Source: a phage. Taken from it: a DNA stretch of 64,000 bases. A program made the position numbers and the translations under genes. A model generated the notes under the pieces. The model ran no database searches. It saw nothing but the letters and a program-made list of their open reading frames with translations, and was not told where the DNA came from. How positions within the stretch are numbered: the stretch's first letter is position 1; each line of letters opens with the position of its first letter. The stretch lies in the NCBI GenBank assembly GCA_031520405.1, contig GCA_031520405.1_4842.1, one strand, 5' to 3'. This document shows positions 1 through 10,554 of this stretch, in pieces.

Positions 1-124
1 ACAGACGTTCTTTAGATTTCAGTTCTTCGAGGCGTTCGTACATTTCTTTTAATGAAATCATGTTTGTCTCTCCCAATAAATTAAGGGGAAGTATACCTTC
101 CCCTTTCTTCAATAACCTAAAATA

Positions 125-475
125 TTATTCAGTACATGCTTTACCGAGGTCTGTAAGCCTATAGAATGTTACTTCAGACTTCGGCCAATGCTTATACTCT
201 TCAGAGTTGTCATGAACCATTGTAAACGCAGGTTCTATCAGACCTTTAGACAACAAGGATTGACCTGAACGCGTATCCCATGGATCACCCTTTACAGAAC
301 GAAACCCGCCAGATATCGGTGGCGCATGAAAAGTCCAAACCGTTTTCCCTTTATCGTTCGTCCAAGATTTGGGATTCAAATACCAATGACAAAGGCGTCT
401 GGCTTCACCTTTTTCAAAATTCAACATTCCTAAAAGGACGCAGAGTTGATGTCCTGTGATGCGTGGCTTTTTCAT
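125..475 (-). CDS. hypothetical protein
   Basis: 116-aa ORF in co-directional minus-strand block; no recognisable motif. Confidence 0.4.
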   Translation of the reverse strand: MKKPRITGHQLCVLLGMLNFEKGEARRLCHWYLNPKSWTNDKGKTVWTFHAPPISGGFRSVKGDPWDTRSGQSLLSKGLIEPAFTMVHDNSEEYKHWPKSEVTFYRLTDLGKACTE

Positions 476-804
476 AAGATCCCCAAGTCAGTAAGGTAAC
501 GATAAAACAAGATTATAGACAGAAATACAATTAACACCCAAGACGACAGGATGGGCTTGCAATTTAGCGTAGTCTTTCCATTGGGTATGTTGGGACTTCC
601 AGTAATAACAACCGAATCCGTTTTAGCTCTCAGCGTCATGACAGAACCCATGAGGATGATTGGGCGCACATAATGCCCTTCATGATTGCGCTTCACGATA
701 CATGGTGAAGAAAATCGCAGGAACGGATCACCGCTTTTATAACCAAATAACTCGACCTTTTGTATTTCTTCGGGTACTTTCTGACCAGGAAAGAATATTC
801 TCAT
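472..804 (-). CDS. hypothetical protein
   Basis: 110-aa ORF; 4-nt overlaps with both neighbours suggest translational coupling. Confidence 0.4.
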
Positions 805-1361
805 AGCACAATTCCTAAATTTGTGTATAACAACTCAGCCAGGGTTACAGGACGCTTGAATTGTTCCCAACTGCAGTTCAGGTATTCGCGCTCTTCGCGA
901 ATATTTTCGTGAAGATGACCATGGATATTATACGCCCAACGGTCTAATTGATAAGGAACATGTGTTGTCAACACACGGCCAACAGGCGTGTCACGTTCAT
1001 ACATAGCGCCGAAGGAGCTAATCCAGCCGTCCAGATACAGAGACAACAACATCTTAAAGCTGTCATGGTTGCCTTGTGCCACCTTGATGATAAAGTTCGG
1101 ACGCCAGTCATCGGGAACGGGGCGTCGCTTAAACTCATCAATGTTTCGCTTGGCACCCTCCCGCATCAGGCGAATGAACCCTTCAGCCCCGATGAAGCAT
1201 ATATCACCAGCCAGTTCAAGAACGTCCCGAGACTTCAACCCCTGAAAGATACTGTCAATGACCGCAGCGTCATGGGCTTCCTGTGTATCAAATCCACGCG
1301 GTTTAAAGACCTTCTTATGCCCAAGATGAGTGTCACCAAGGTGCTTTACAATTCCCGCCAT
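801..1361 (-). CDS. calcineurin-like metallophosphoesterase
   Basis: motifs GDTHLG, GNHD, GHLH typical of metallophosphatase fold. Confidence 0.5.
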
Positions 1362-1828
1362 TATGTCCTCTCCTTCTTCACGAGGTTATCATAGGCGTTC
1401 TTCAACATGGCATCCGACCAGCTAGTCCAATTGAACACATTAATCGGACTCACTCCTTTGTATAGTTCTAATATGGTTGGCGAAAGTTTGATTTCTATCG
1501 AGTTGTGGTCTTCACCTTCCACCACCGTTAACCAGAACAAATCTTTATCCAACAATTTGTGAGCAACGTGTACGTACTTGGATGCAGTTTCATCACACCA
1601 TTGTTCCAGGATTGAATACAATTCCCTTTCTATCCTCATGCGGGTCTCTGAAGAATTCGGGGTTCCGTAATAAGGGGAATTGGAATGATATGCCGTGGCT
1701 TCCTGTAAGCGTGACACCAATGGTATAGCAAAGCCAGCCTGGAACATATATTTCCAATGACTTTCAAGGGTGGAGATGATCTCGTCTCTTTCGACCTGCG
1801 ATAAGCGCATTATGGTTTCCTCAGCCAT
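1361..1828 (-). CDS. hypothetical protein
   Basis: 155-aa ORF, tightly packed with neighbours. Confidence 0.4.
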
Positions 1829-2151
1829 TCTAAAATCGGCACGTTCACAAACCCTTTATGCCAACGATGCGGTTTGTGACCTCTATTATGTTCGAGCAAA
1901 CACGTGTCTGGTGGGACACTGAAGTGGATGCCGTCGATGTCGTAGTAATGTCCGTCAATCAGAGTATACACATGACCTTCGATCTGGCTGTAATGGATCT
2001 CTGCTTGAGGATACACATGCTTCAGAACCAGAGCAACCTGATAGCACTTTCCGTTCTTCCCAACATACTCAACATCCACCTGTTGTGGGAAGACGTCTTT
2101 GATAAGATTTATCAATCTCGTGATGTCATTTACAACAACTGAACGTTTCAT
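1810..2151 (-). CDS. hypothetical protein
   Basis: 113-aa ORF. Confidence 0.35.
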   Translation of the reverse strand: MKRSVVVNDITRLINLIKDVFPQQVDVEYVGKNGKCYQVALVLKHVYPQAEIHYSQIEGHVYTLIDGHYYDIDGIHFSVPPDTCLLEHNRGHKPHRWHKGFVNVPILEWLRKP

Positions 2152-2153
2152 CT

Positions 2154-2816
2154 CTATGATAACTCATGGCGATGTCGAACACACGCAGGGCAATCACAAT
2201 TCTTTTTCAAAATTGGCAATTCACACCATGTCATTAAGTCATGTATTGGGGACATGTGATGATAGAACCAAGATTTCTTGAGACTAATCAATGGATATAA
2301 AATTTCAATAGGTCTTTCCCCGTCTCTGGTCATCATGTTGTACCCTTCAATGACTTTATTAAAGGCGGGTATCCAGTGTATTGCGTCATCGCCGTTAACA
2401 TATGCCAATATATACGTGGAAGGCAAGCTCCTGCCTTTAAATTGCGTGTTTAATAACCATATCGGGGCTTGTGCTAAACAAGAGCGAAAACCACCGTTCG
2501 GGACGTTGATGCTACTGATAGGTTCTTGATGATGTGTCCAACGATACATGAGAAGTGGGGCATTTTTATTAATCCAGTTGTGTATTTTATTCCTCGCCCA
2601 ATTTTCGCGCTTAGATTTAAATTTATTATTTTCGAGGTGGCAATACACAGTATGAACTGAATATCCTTTCGATAACAACCAAATCAACATGTATGTGCTA
2701 TCCACCCCACCAGACCAGAACAACGTCACTTCTTGATTATTCTCCGGTAATGGAGCATCCCCTTGAAGAACACGGTATACAAAATCACAATCAGATACTG
2801 AGACAACAATTTCCAT
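2154..2816 (-). CDS. QueC-like PP-loop ATPase (7-cyano-7-deazaguanine synthase family)
   Basis: N-terminal PP-loop FWSGGVDST; C-terminal Cys cluster CDCPACVRHR resembling QueC zinc site; about 220 aa. Confidence 0.55.
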   Translation of the reverse strand: MEIVVSVSDCDFVYRVLQGDAPLPENNQEVTLFWSGGVDSTYMLIWLLSKGYSVHTVYCHLENNKFKSKRENWARNKIHNWINKNAPLLMYRWTHHQEPISSINVPNGGFRSCLAQAPIWLLNTQFKGRSLPSTYILAYVNGDDAIHWIPAFNKVIEGYNMMTRDGERPIEILYPLISLKKSWFYHHMSPIHDLMTWCELPILKKNCDCPACVRHRHELS

Positions 2817-3127
2817 TAAAATATTCCTCTTAAAGAATCATTTATCCTGCGCAATTCGTTTTCCACTTTTATCTTCATATTTTTATCGTCGTTCACGAAA
2901 ATCATTTTATCTAAATCTTCGCCATTAATCTTTGTATAAAAATAAATGTCATGCTCAAAGAAAATCGTTTTTCCAACAGAACGCATGGCAAAGAACGTTG
3001 CGATAGTTCTTGATAAAGGTTTGAATTTAATGGCATTGAAACGCAAAGCCTGATAGAGAGGTTTTAATGTTCCTAAGCGAATACAATGCTGGATAATTTC
3101 TTGCTCTTTCATTTTGTTGTGCGCCAT
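2816..3127 (-). CDS. hypothetical protein
   Basis: track ORF 2816..3283 trimmed to internal ATG (MAHNK...) that lies downstream of a terminator and a TATAAT box. Confidence 0.35.
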   Translation of the reverse strand: MAHNKMKEQEIIQHCIRLGTLKPLYQALRFNAIKFKPLSRTIATFFAMRSVGKTIFFEHDIYFYTKINGEDLDKMIFVNDDKNMKIKVENELRRINDSLRGIF

Positions 3128-3159
3128 AAAGATATGATGGTACAATGATAATACATTAT

Positions 3160-3188
3160 ACAAATAGAAAAGCCCCGAAAGGGGCTTA
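3160..3188 (-). terminator. rho-independent terminator
   Basis: hairpin agcccc-gaaa-ggggct followed by U-tract on minus strand. Confidence 0.55.
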
Positions 3189-3476
3189 TTTGTCTTCAGA
3201 TTCGTACAAACGCCAATTGCCGATGCTAAACCATTCCCCCACATTATTTGAATATCTGGTTGTTCGGACTCCTCCGACTTCATACGCCCATTTGAAGAAT
3301 TTCCATTTGGACGATAAAGAAGGACATTCGCTTCCGGATTTCAAAGAACACGCTGTGAGCCAACGCGTAATACCGAGAGCCTGAAAAATCGGATGGATAA
3401 ATGAAGAATACAATATCCAAAGCGTTATGGTAACAAAAACAATGGTCGTGATCACCCCGACAATTTGAAAGAACAT
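3186..3476 (-). CDS. small membrane protein
   Basis: hydrophobic N-terminal segment; terminator hairpin directly downstream. Confidence 0.4.
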   Translation of the reverse strand: MFFQIVGVITTIVFVTITLWILYSSFIHPIFQALGITRWLTACSLKSGSECPSLSSKWKFFKWAYEVGGVRTTRYSNNVGEWFSIGNWRLYESEDK

Positions 3477-3553
3477 TTAAGAACCTCCAAAATATTGAAC
3501 ACAGACTATGAAGAAAACTATGATTGTAAACAACCATGAAAACAAGGAAAGAA

Positions 3554-4186
3554 TCATCCTTCTACCTTCAGCCCCATCAGGTCTTCCATGGTTTTCTGAA
3601 TGCGTAGCCAGTCAAGCGCCGCATCATAACGAGGATCATGATAGACCATGCCTTCCAGTTCCCACGCCTTGATACCAGCATATCGATCCTGCTGCCCAAC
3701 ACCCTTCAGCCAGCTTACGATGTCAAATGTGTGGTGATAGTCCCAAGGTTCGTTGGAATCTTGCTTACACGTCACCTCAATGATGTGCTGAGCCTTGCGT
3801 AGGTCAAACAGATTCCTATCACACCAGTCAACCGATCGCGGGTCGATCCCAAGGCGATGGCATCCCCTGCGAATTTCATCGGCCAATTTGAAAATAGAAA
3901 TATCCTTGTCGGTCGGATATAGACTGATAGTTCGGGCGGCGTCGCACGGGTTGCGTTTACCTGTACCCAGCCACCATTCCACAGTGCCCTGGTCTTTCAC
4001 ACGGCCAAGTTCAATCTGTTCTTTGACATTCAGTTTGATAAATGTCGTGCGCTCTACAACAAGCTGCTGAAGAGTATAACGCTTGGTCAGGTCGGCGATA
4101 GTCTGTGCCCAAGACAACATGACAGCATCATCCCAACGACCGAGAGTTTCGCTATCAGCGACGGCCAAGAAATTAGATTTATACAT
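3554..4186 (-). CDS. DnaQ-like 3'-5' exonuclease (DexA-like)
   Basis: N-terminal Exo I-like motif DSETLG; about 210 aa. Confidence 0.45.
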   Translation of the reverse strand: MYKSNFLAVADSETLGRWDDAVMLSWAQTIADLTKRYTLQQLVVERTTFIKLNVKEQIELGRVKDQGTVEWWLGTGKRNPCDAARTISLYPTDKDISIFKLADEIRRGCHRLGIDPRSVDWCDRNLFDLRKAQHIIEVTCKQDSNEPWDYHHTFDIVSWLKGVGQQDRYAGIKAWELEGMVYHDPRYDAALDWLRIQKTMEDLMGLKVEG

Positions 4187-4523
4187 CAGTTTCCCCTGCT
4201 TTCTCTAAAAGGAGTTTCAAAGGATATGTCCCACAAGCGGTGGCATACTCGACTTTGAAATATGAATTATCGTTCATGGCGAAATTGCGATGTGGGAAAT
4301 ATTCCCCGTCATCCAACCCGCCTAATCCCCCGCCGACGCGATATTGTTTTAACTCGACTTCGCCGCCATAACGGAGTTGGGCATATAGGCCGATAGGAGC
4401 GCGAACATAATGCTCCAGCCATACCCAATTTCCATCGTGTAAACGTGTAGGGATAAATGCAAAACGCACCTTGGGATGAAGAACGGCTTTGGCGAGCATC
4501 TCTTCTGTTATTTCACGCTTCAT
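4179..4523 (-). CDS. hypothetical protein
   Basis: 114-aa ORF. Confidence 0.4.
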   Translation of the reverse strand: MKREITEEMLAKAVLHPKVRFAFIPTRLHDGNWVWLEHYVRAPIGLYAQLRYGGEVELKQYRVGGGLGGLDDGEYFPHRNFAMNDNSYFKVEYATACGTYPLKLLLEKAGETDV

Positions 4524-5140
4524 CCAATACCTTCCTCTTCGATGATATCTTCTTCACTAGCGACGACAGAGATTCCGTAGTCTACCATCTGGGAAAGTTC
4601 TTGTAAATCTTGTTCAAACCCGTCACCCTGTCGGATATAAAAGACGGGTACGACACGACGCCTGGTATCTTCGAAGATAGTATCCGCGATTTTATTAATC
4701 TGGCTCACCACATGAAACAGTTTCAATCCACCGATGCCACAGCCGATGGCGGGTAAACCAACATAGACTGTTTCGTCAGTTTTTGCCTCAATGATATCGT
4801 GAACTTGTTCAAACATAATCTGAACTGAACTGATAATGGAAGGCATGCGTGCGTTAGGACCAGGGTAGAACTGAGTGTACAAATTGAATCCCCAGACACC
4901 AGTGTCATGATCAAACGCATAGGACATGTTCCCCAAACGTTGTTCCGGACCACGTTCATCTAATTGGTCGGCTCGGTAAATTTCTGGGAAATCTAATCGA
5001 ACATGGTTGGCGATACCTGCGCCCATCACAGACCAACAATTTGCGCCATGAGCGAAAGCATTGATGAGATTAAAACTCGTAGCGGCTTTCAGTAAATCGC
5101 CGTTTGTGATAACATATGTGGTCATGCGTAACGTCTCCAT
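4520..5140 (-). CDS. macro domain protein (ADP-ribose binding/hydrolase family)
   Basis: VITNGDLL...AFAHGANC...MGAGIA...LPAIGCGIGG matches macro domain signature blocks. Confidence 0.55.
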   Translation of the reverse strand: METLRMTTYVITNGDLLKAATSFNLINAFAHGANCWSVMGAGIANHVRLDFPEIYRADQLDERGPEQRLGNMSYAFDHDTGVWGFNLYTQFYPGPNARMPSIISSVQIMFEQVHDIIEAKTDETVYVGLPAIGCGIGGLKLFHVVSQINKIADTIFEDTRRRVVPVFYIRQGDGFEQDLQELSQMVDYGISVVASEEDIIEEEGIG

Positions 5141-5358
5141 TGTATAATTTCGTTGTTGACACAGCTAACCTGGATGATACACATATTCTGGCGATGGTCA
5201 GTGAGTGTCATAATAAAACTGTCTGTCTGTGCCATAACACAATTGACAGATATTCCTCGCATTATCAAACGAACACAGATTTCTTGATATAATCGTTTCA
5301 TGTATCCTGAAACTGAAGCGGACTCATACACGCGTTCAAATTCATATAACTCGTTCAT
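5122..5358 (-). CDS. hypothetical protein
   Basis: 78-aa ORF. Confidence 0.3.
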   Translation of the reverse strand: MNELYEFERVYESASVSGYMKRLYQEICVRLIMRGISVNCVMAQTDSFIMTLTDHRQNMCIIQVSCVNNEIIQWRRYA

Positions 5359-5579
5359 TTATTCAGACCATCAATAGCGTGTTCGGAAATATATTCAACG
5401 AATTGGTTATCAGCTGCCATCTTTAAAAGTTCAAATAATTCCGTTCCAACGGTACTCCCAAACATCCCTTCCAATACACCCTGAACATCTTCATCTATTT
5501 CTTCGATGACGAGTCCATACGATTTCAGGCGGCGTGAAATAGCACGGAACTGGGCAATATCACCAATTTCATTTGCCAT
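5355..5579 (-). CDS. hypothetical protein
   Basis: 74-aa ORF. Confidence 0.35.
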   Translation of the reverse strand: MANEIGDIAQFRAISRRLKSYGLVIEEIDEDVQGVLEGMFGSTVGTELFELLKMAADNQFVEYISEHAIDGLNK

Positions 5580-5628
5580 GTTATTTGTCTCATTATGGGG
5601 TTAGGCGGCAATTATACCGCCAATTTAT

Positions 5629-6042
5629 TCAATAGAGGTCTTCGGAAAAGAGTTCTTTGAAAGGAGTGTTCTTCAAACGGACCTGATTAGTTTGTCCGGC
5701 TTCACGAGCGACCACAGCGGCCTCTTCACGGGACATCCATTGCCCATAGTTATCAATAAACCCTTGTTCACGAGTGTGGGTGGTTTCGATAATACCTGCT
5801 TCCTTCAATCGTTTGAGTTGCGTGTTCATCAATTTGTCGTGATGTCGGGCGCTTACAACGATCACATCACCATATTTGTTGGCAGCAGCCACAACACGCC
5901 GATCAAACTTGGTTGGGTCAGGTATATCACGAGTATACAAGGCGATGTGAGTGTCGTCCACGTCCCCTTTCACCTCAGAATATAACTGACACCCATTAGG
6001 AGATCCAGTAGGTAAAGAACGAAAATATCCAAGTAATTTCAT
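5629..6042 (-). CDS. hypothetical protein
   Basis: 137-aa ORF. Confidence 0.4.
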   Translation of the reverse strand: MKLLGYFRSLPTGSPNGCQLYSEVKGDVDDTHIALYTRDIPDPTKFDRRVVAAANKYGDVIVVSARHHDKLMNTQLKRLKEAGIIETTHTREQGFIDNYGQWMSREEAAVVAREAGQTNQVRLKNTPFKELFSEDLY

Positions 6043-6045
6043 AAT

Positions 6046-6405
6046 CTAATCTATCCATATTTCAGGTTCGGGGATATCAACCATCTCCACCGTTTGATTC
6101 TTTAATTCGTGGAAACAGTCACCAAGGAATTGTAATTTACCATCAGTCAAGAACAAATGACAACGACTCGCCGGATCAGAATGATTCACCAACAGACTAG
6201 GAGTGAAAGTCGGTGATTCGAGATCGTGATTCCATTGCCATATTGGGCCAGGCATTTGCCCTGAAATGCGATAAGGATGAAGCATATTACATCCAGGACA
6301 ATGAAAATATATGGAACCACCCATTGATAATAATTTTGGAGTCAATAATTTTGACATATCACGCCTCCACTTCTTCATCAGGATTGTATGGGTGTAATTC
6401 TCCAA
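6046..6405 (-). CDS. hypothetical protein with CxxC motif
   Basis: 119-aa ORF, HCPGC motif. Confidence 0.35.
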   Translation of the reverse strand: MENYTHTILMKKWRRDMSKLLTPKLLSMGGSIYFHCPGCNMLHPYRISGQMPGPIWQWNHDLESPTFTPSLLVNHSDPASRCHLFLTDGKLQFLGDCFHELKNQTVEMVDIPEPEIWID

Positions 6406-6670
6406 TTAACTTAGGGAATAATGCGAATCCAAATAAATTAAATGAACGCATGGTGCCAACCATACCCACTTCATCCGATTCGGTTACATCAGAAAGAGCG
6501 CAAAGAGGTATCCATAAATCTTGTTGGCCTTCATGATTGACAAAAGCAACTTCCTCTTTAATAAAACGAGGGCATAAGATATCGAACAACCAATAGAAGA
6601 AAGTCAGCAATGAGAGACTGCGGAAATATACAAACATGGTGAACCCCTTGCTTGTTTGGAGGGAATTCAC
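6359..6670 (-). CDS. hypothetical membrane protein
   Basis: 103-aa ORF with hydrophobic segment; start uncertain (overlaps downstream ORF). Confidence 0.3.
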   Translation of the reverse strand: MNSLQTSKGFTMFVYFRSLSLLTFFYWLFDILCPRFIKEEVAFVNHEGQQDLWIPLCALSDVTESDEVGMVGTMRSFNLFGFALFPKLIGELHPYNPDEEVEA

Positions 6671-6679
6671 CCTCCGGAT

Positions 6680-8011
6680 TTATAGGCCCAATGCCTTTTC
6701 AAGATCATCTAAATCTTCAGTATAAAGATCGATGTCTTGCTTATTATTTAATTCTTCTCGTTGAACTTCTAAATTCTTTATCTGGTTCAACAAACGTTCA
6801 CGGGCATCTAGTGTAATTGATGATAAAGACATCTTGAATAAATCATCGAGATCGCCATCAAAATCAGGATAGTCTGTCTGGAATAACGCTTTCAGTTCCG
6901 TGAGGCTCCGGCGCATATCTGTAACGACAGCCCACCCAATGAATATGGCACGATTGTTCAAACGGTGTATTTTGTCGGTCAATTCCTTGATAAGATACTG
7001 ACGTCTATCTTCATAGCGACTCAGGCGATAATTGAAAAATGGAAGCAACATATCTTTCCAACCATCGTAACGGTGAATAACACCATCTTCATCCCAAGCT
7101 GTCCACACGGGCTTATTAGCTGAGTAGAGACGGAACATCTGTTCAACCTGTTCGTCATTCAACTTAGACAATTCACCCCGCTTGAATACAACAGTGATAT
7201 CCCAACCATCTTCGGTCGTATCGTTGGCGTACTCAGTGAGGACACCCGCCTTGTACAGAGGCAACAGCACTTTGGTCTCATAGGTTTTAGAGAACCAACC
7301 AATAGGAACCTCGGTGATGTTCAAAGTGGTTGCATTAACGCGGGTGAACAATCCACGACTGTATGCTCTTCCTTCCTCAGTATAGCCTGTCTCTCCTTTG
7401 AAACCATTCCAGTACGGTTTTAAGTCCTTCGGGTCTTCGCCACGGAGAAGTGCTCTCAGGGCACTGAGCACGGACTTAACGCAGTGGCATGGGGTGTCGG
7501 TGGCATAACCCGAGCCGATACCATTGATACCATTCACGAGAAACATGGGCAGGATGGGTAAAAAGAATTTCGGCTCCAGTTTCTCTTCCCCAAGATAATT
7601 GTATTCCAATATCCCATCGTCCTCCTTTCGGAAGATCTTACGGATAACTTCAGACACTGCCACTGAAATATAACGAGCGGAAGACGCTTCGCGCCCCATG
7701 ATTGAACCAAACTGTCCGTCGCGGTCAAAGTATGGGATGTTATTCGTACCTGGGAACCCCTGAGCCATGTTCACGATCGTACCGCTCATGTTCTCACCAC
7801 CGGATTTGTAATTCGTGCGAGCGGCGGCGAACATGCCAAGGCGGTCAACAATCTCCTCCTTGTTGTATTCAAGAGCAGCAAAGAGTATCTTACGCTGGCT
7901 TGGCTTCAGGCTGTCAATCAGCTGAGGGATTTGACGGATGCTGTTAACCACGGAAAACTCTTTATGATCCCCGTTGATAAATTCTGTTACGGTAATACTT
8001 TTAGCAACCAT
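6680..8011 (-). CDS. DNA topoisomerase II medium subunit (T4 gp52-like, GyrA-like)
   Basis: GyrA-like cleavage domain; start re-set to ATG 1 nt after upstream stop with AGGA SD (track ORF 6680..8092). Confidence 0.75.
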   Translation of the reverse strand: MVAKSITVTEFINGDHKEFSVVNSIRQIPQLIDSLKPSQRKILFAALEYNKEEIVDRLGMFAAARTNYKSGGENMSGTIVNMAQGFPGTNNIPYFDRDGQFGSIMGREASSARYISVAVSEVIRKIFRKEDDGILEYNYLGEEKLEPKFFLPILPMFLVNGINGIGSGYATDTPCHCVKSVLSALRALLRGEDPKDLKPYWNGFKGETGYTEEGRAYSRGLFTRVNATTLNITEVPIGWFSKTYETKVLLPLYKAGVLTEYANDTTEDGWDITVVFKRGELSKLNDEQVEQMFRLYSANKPVWTAWDEDGVIHRYDGWKDMLLPFFNYRLSRYEDRRQYLIKELTDKIHRLNNRAIFIGWAVVTDMRRSLTELKALFQTDYPDFDGDLDDLFKMSLSSITLDARERLLNQIKNLEVQREELNNKQDIDLYTEDLDDLEKALGL

Positions 8012-8012
8012 C

Positions 8013-9926
8013 TTATTCATCCTCGGTTTCAAATAGGCAAACATCGCTAAACCAGGTTTTTCGGTAATCAGCAGCCTCATCACCGAAACCATTCTTCAGT
8101 GACTGCTTGTATCCATCGTCCAGCGTGACCGTCGTAGTATACGCATCCAGGTTGTTTAGAATACGCTTGAAGTCTTCAGTGCTGTTACCGCCAAGACCTT
8201 TCAGATATTTCTTCTTCGTGATCTTCTTGGCGTCGGGTGTCTTCAGGAACTCCTCATATTCGGCATTGTTCATGAATTCGTGCATTATATTACCACACCA
8301 CACGCGCATGTATGGAGTACGAAGGAGCTTCAGCCTACCCTGACGAACGTATTCAGGCCAGAACGTACAATACAGAGTTATTAACAACCCACGGATATGA
8401 ATGCCGTCGTCATCCGCGTCTGTTGCCACGACGGTCTGTGGGTAGCGGCTGATGTCAAGCGGCTGACCTGGTACTGCACCGCCGTGGATTGTGCACAGGT
8501 TCTTGAACTCTTCGTTCGCCATCACTTTTGAGCGCGGGGCGTTCAAGCAGTTGATAAACTTACCACGAAGCGGGAACAAACCAATTTTCTTGGTATCACG
8601 AGCGTTCAGGATAGGGTTGGATGCGCTGTCACCTTCTGTCAGTAGCAGAGAACACCCACTGCGGTCGCCTCTGGCGGTCGCCGGATAATACTTCTCAATC
8701 TCACGATAATCCCGTTTGCTGATATCCTTCTTCGCCTTTTCAAATTCGGCATCTTCTTGTTCATTGCGTAATGAAGCCAGTTCTTTACTCAGCCCTGCTG
8801 TCACGAACTCAAGCGCCTTGCGAATCAGTTTATCGCTGGGCTTGTAGGACGTACCAAACTGGCTCACAGGAGTCGTCATGCGCTCCTTGGTCTGGCTGTC
8901 AAAGCGAGGGTTGTTGATGTCGGCGGCGATGAACAATGACATGTGGTTCTTGATCATCGCTGGCTTCAGTTCGGTCTTGAACTTCTTAACCAGCTGAGGG
9001 CGTATAGCCGCCACGATCTGGTCAGCAACATAATCAACGTGAGGTCCACCGATGTGCGTGGCGATTGAGTTCACGTATGATGCATGCATGAACGCACCAG
9101 ATGAGGGAGTGATAGCAACAGACCAATCATCCGTTTCATCAACAGCCGAGCCAGCGTAGAAGTAATCAACGAAATGACCAAATCGATCAATGCGGATTTG
9201 CTTGCCGTTGAGAACAACCTTCAGGCGCGGGTTGCATGCTGCCACTTCGAATGCACGACGGTAAATCATGAGCAGGTTGTTCTGGTCAAGCCCCTTAACA
9301 CCCAGGCGCGCATAATCAGGGATCCAGGCAATAGTGGTGCCGAACTCTTTCGGTGTATTGCCGATGACCGGATTGGACTTCTTGCTCATGTTGTCTTCAA
9401 ACAGCTGAGTATAAGACTTCTTGCCGTCACTGGTAGCAACGCGGAACCACTTTGAGAACACGTTGACGAGCGAAGCCCCTTCACCGTTCTGGCCGCCGGA
9501 CTTCTGGTTGTTGTACTCCTCGTCCTCATCGTTGAAGTTGCTGCCCGCATAGAGCGAGCCAAACAACATCTCAGGGAGCCACTCATTGGTGACGCCATGC
9601 TTGACCACAGGGATACCCCCGTTGTCGGAAACGATGATTTGACCGTTCATAGGGGAGACCGTGACGGTGATTTCCGTCAAGCCTTTACCCTCAGGGGTTT
9701 TGCTGTGGTCAACACAGTTGGTGATGATTTCATCAAACTGTTTGATCAGCGCAGGGGAGTACTCAAAGTTGTCACGAAAGATGACTTTGTCTTTGGTTGG
9801 GTCATACACCCACACCGTCCCCACAGACGAACGAATACTGCCCAGATGACGCTCTGGGCGAAGTAGGATATGCTCTATGTGAGTGAGCTTTTTGTATTTG
9901 CGTTCAATATCAATTTTGTTGGACAT
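8013..9926 (-). CDS. DNA topoisomerase II large subunit (T4 gp39/gp60-like, GyrB-like ATPase)
   Basis: blocks HILLRPERHLGS, RFDSQTKERMTTP, LLLTEGDSA match T4 gp39. Confidence 0.85.
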   Translation of the reverse strand: MSNKIDIERKYKKLTHIEHILLRPERHLGSIRSSVGTVWVYDPTKDKVIFRDNFEYSPALIKQFDEIITNCVDHSKTPEGKGLTEITVTVSPMNGQIIVSDNGGIPVVKHGVTNEWLPEMLFGSLYAGSNFNDEDEEYNNQKSGGQNGEGASLVNVFSKWFRVATSDGKKSYTQLFEDNMSKKSNPVIGNTPKEFGTTIAWIPDYARLGVKGLDQNNLLMIYRRAFEVAACNPRLKVVLNGKQIRIDRFGHFVDYFYAGSAVDETDDWSVAITPSSGAFMHASYVNSIATHIGGPHVDYVADQIVAAIRPQLVKKFKTELKPAMIKNHMSLFIAADINNPRFDSQTKERMTTPVSQFGTSYKPSDKLIRKALEFVTAGLSKELASLRNEQEDAEFEKAKKDISKRDYREIEKYYPATARGDRSGCSLLLTEGDSASNPILNARDTKKIGLFPLRGKFINCLNAPRSKVMANEEFKNLCTIHGGAVPGQPLDISRYPQTVVATDADDDGIHIRGLLITLYCTFWPEYVRQGRLKLLRTPYMRVWCGNIMHEFMNNAEYEEFLKTPDAKKITKKKYLKGLGGNSTEDFKRILNNLDAYTTTVTLDDGYKQSLKNGFGDEAADYRKTWFSDVCLFETEDE

Positions 9927-9975
9927 CGGCCTATCCCGTCAATGGTAAACACACAAGATTATGTATGGGGTTGGC

Positions 9976-10554
9976 TTATAGACCAAATTTAGTGCGCCAC
10001 TTTTCAACTTTGTGTTCTATAGCATGTTCTACTTTAACGATCGTGTTGATATGGTTTTGATTATACCCACACGCCAATTTGGCAGTATTGCGTATCAGAT
10101 TTGAAACCAGGTCTACCATATTATCTTCTGAACGTTGAGGTTGGTTCAGTAAACGAGTGATGCGGCCTTTGTAATGATTAACCATCGCAAGATATTTGTC
10201 TATAGTTTCAACACCACTGTAGAACCAATAATCCTCCAACGTATGTTGACTGAGATCAGTTGTGTGATTGGCCATAGCCAAAGCAAACACCATGGAGTCA
10301 AAGATTTCTTCTTTGGACATAGACCCATGTTGTTGAACTTGTTGATAATCCACAACATATAATAGATCCAGAGCCGAGATGATAACGTCCGCCACTTCAC
10401 CGTTCAGGGGTTCGGATGCAGCGATTCCATAAAGCACATCTGATAGTTCACAAGACTCTTCCACGAGTTTGCAATATACAAACACAGGAGAACGATTAGG
10501 ATCGCGCTGGCTGAGTTCATATGATGTGTTGAAGATAGTTTTTAGAAAATTCAT
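9976..10554 (-). CDS. possible MazG-like nucleotide pyrophosphohydrolase
   Basis: weak EExxE...D helix pattern; 192 aa. Confidence 0.3.
   Translation of the reverse strand: MNFLKTIFNTSYELSQRDPNRSPVFVYCKLVEESCELSDVLYGIAASEPLNGEVADVIISALDLLYVVDYQQVQQHGSMSKEEIFDSMVFALAMANHTTDLSQHTLEDYWFYSGVETIDKYLAMVNHYKGRITRLLNQPQRSEDNMVDLVSNLIRNTAKLACGYNQNHINTIVKVEHAIEHKVEKWRTKFGL

Noticed and set aside
8012-8092. N-terminal 27 codons of track ORF 6680..8092 overlapping the topoisomerase large-subunit gene
   Set aside because: An ATG with SD lies 1 nt after the upstream stop, giving a product length matching T4 gp52
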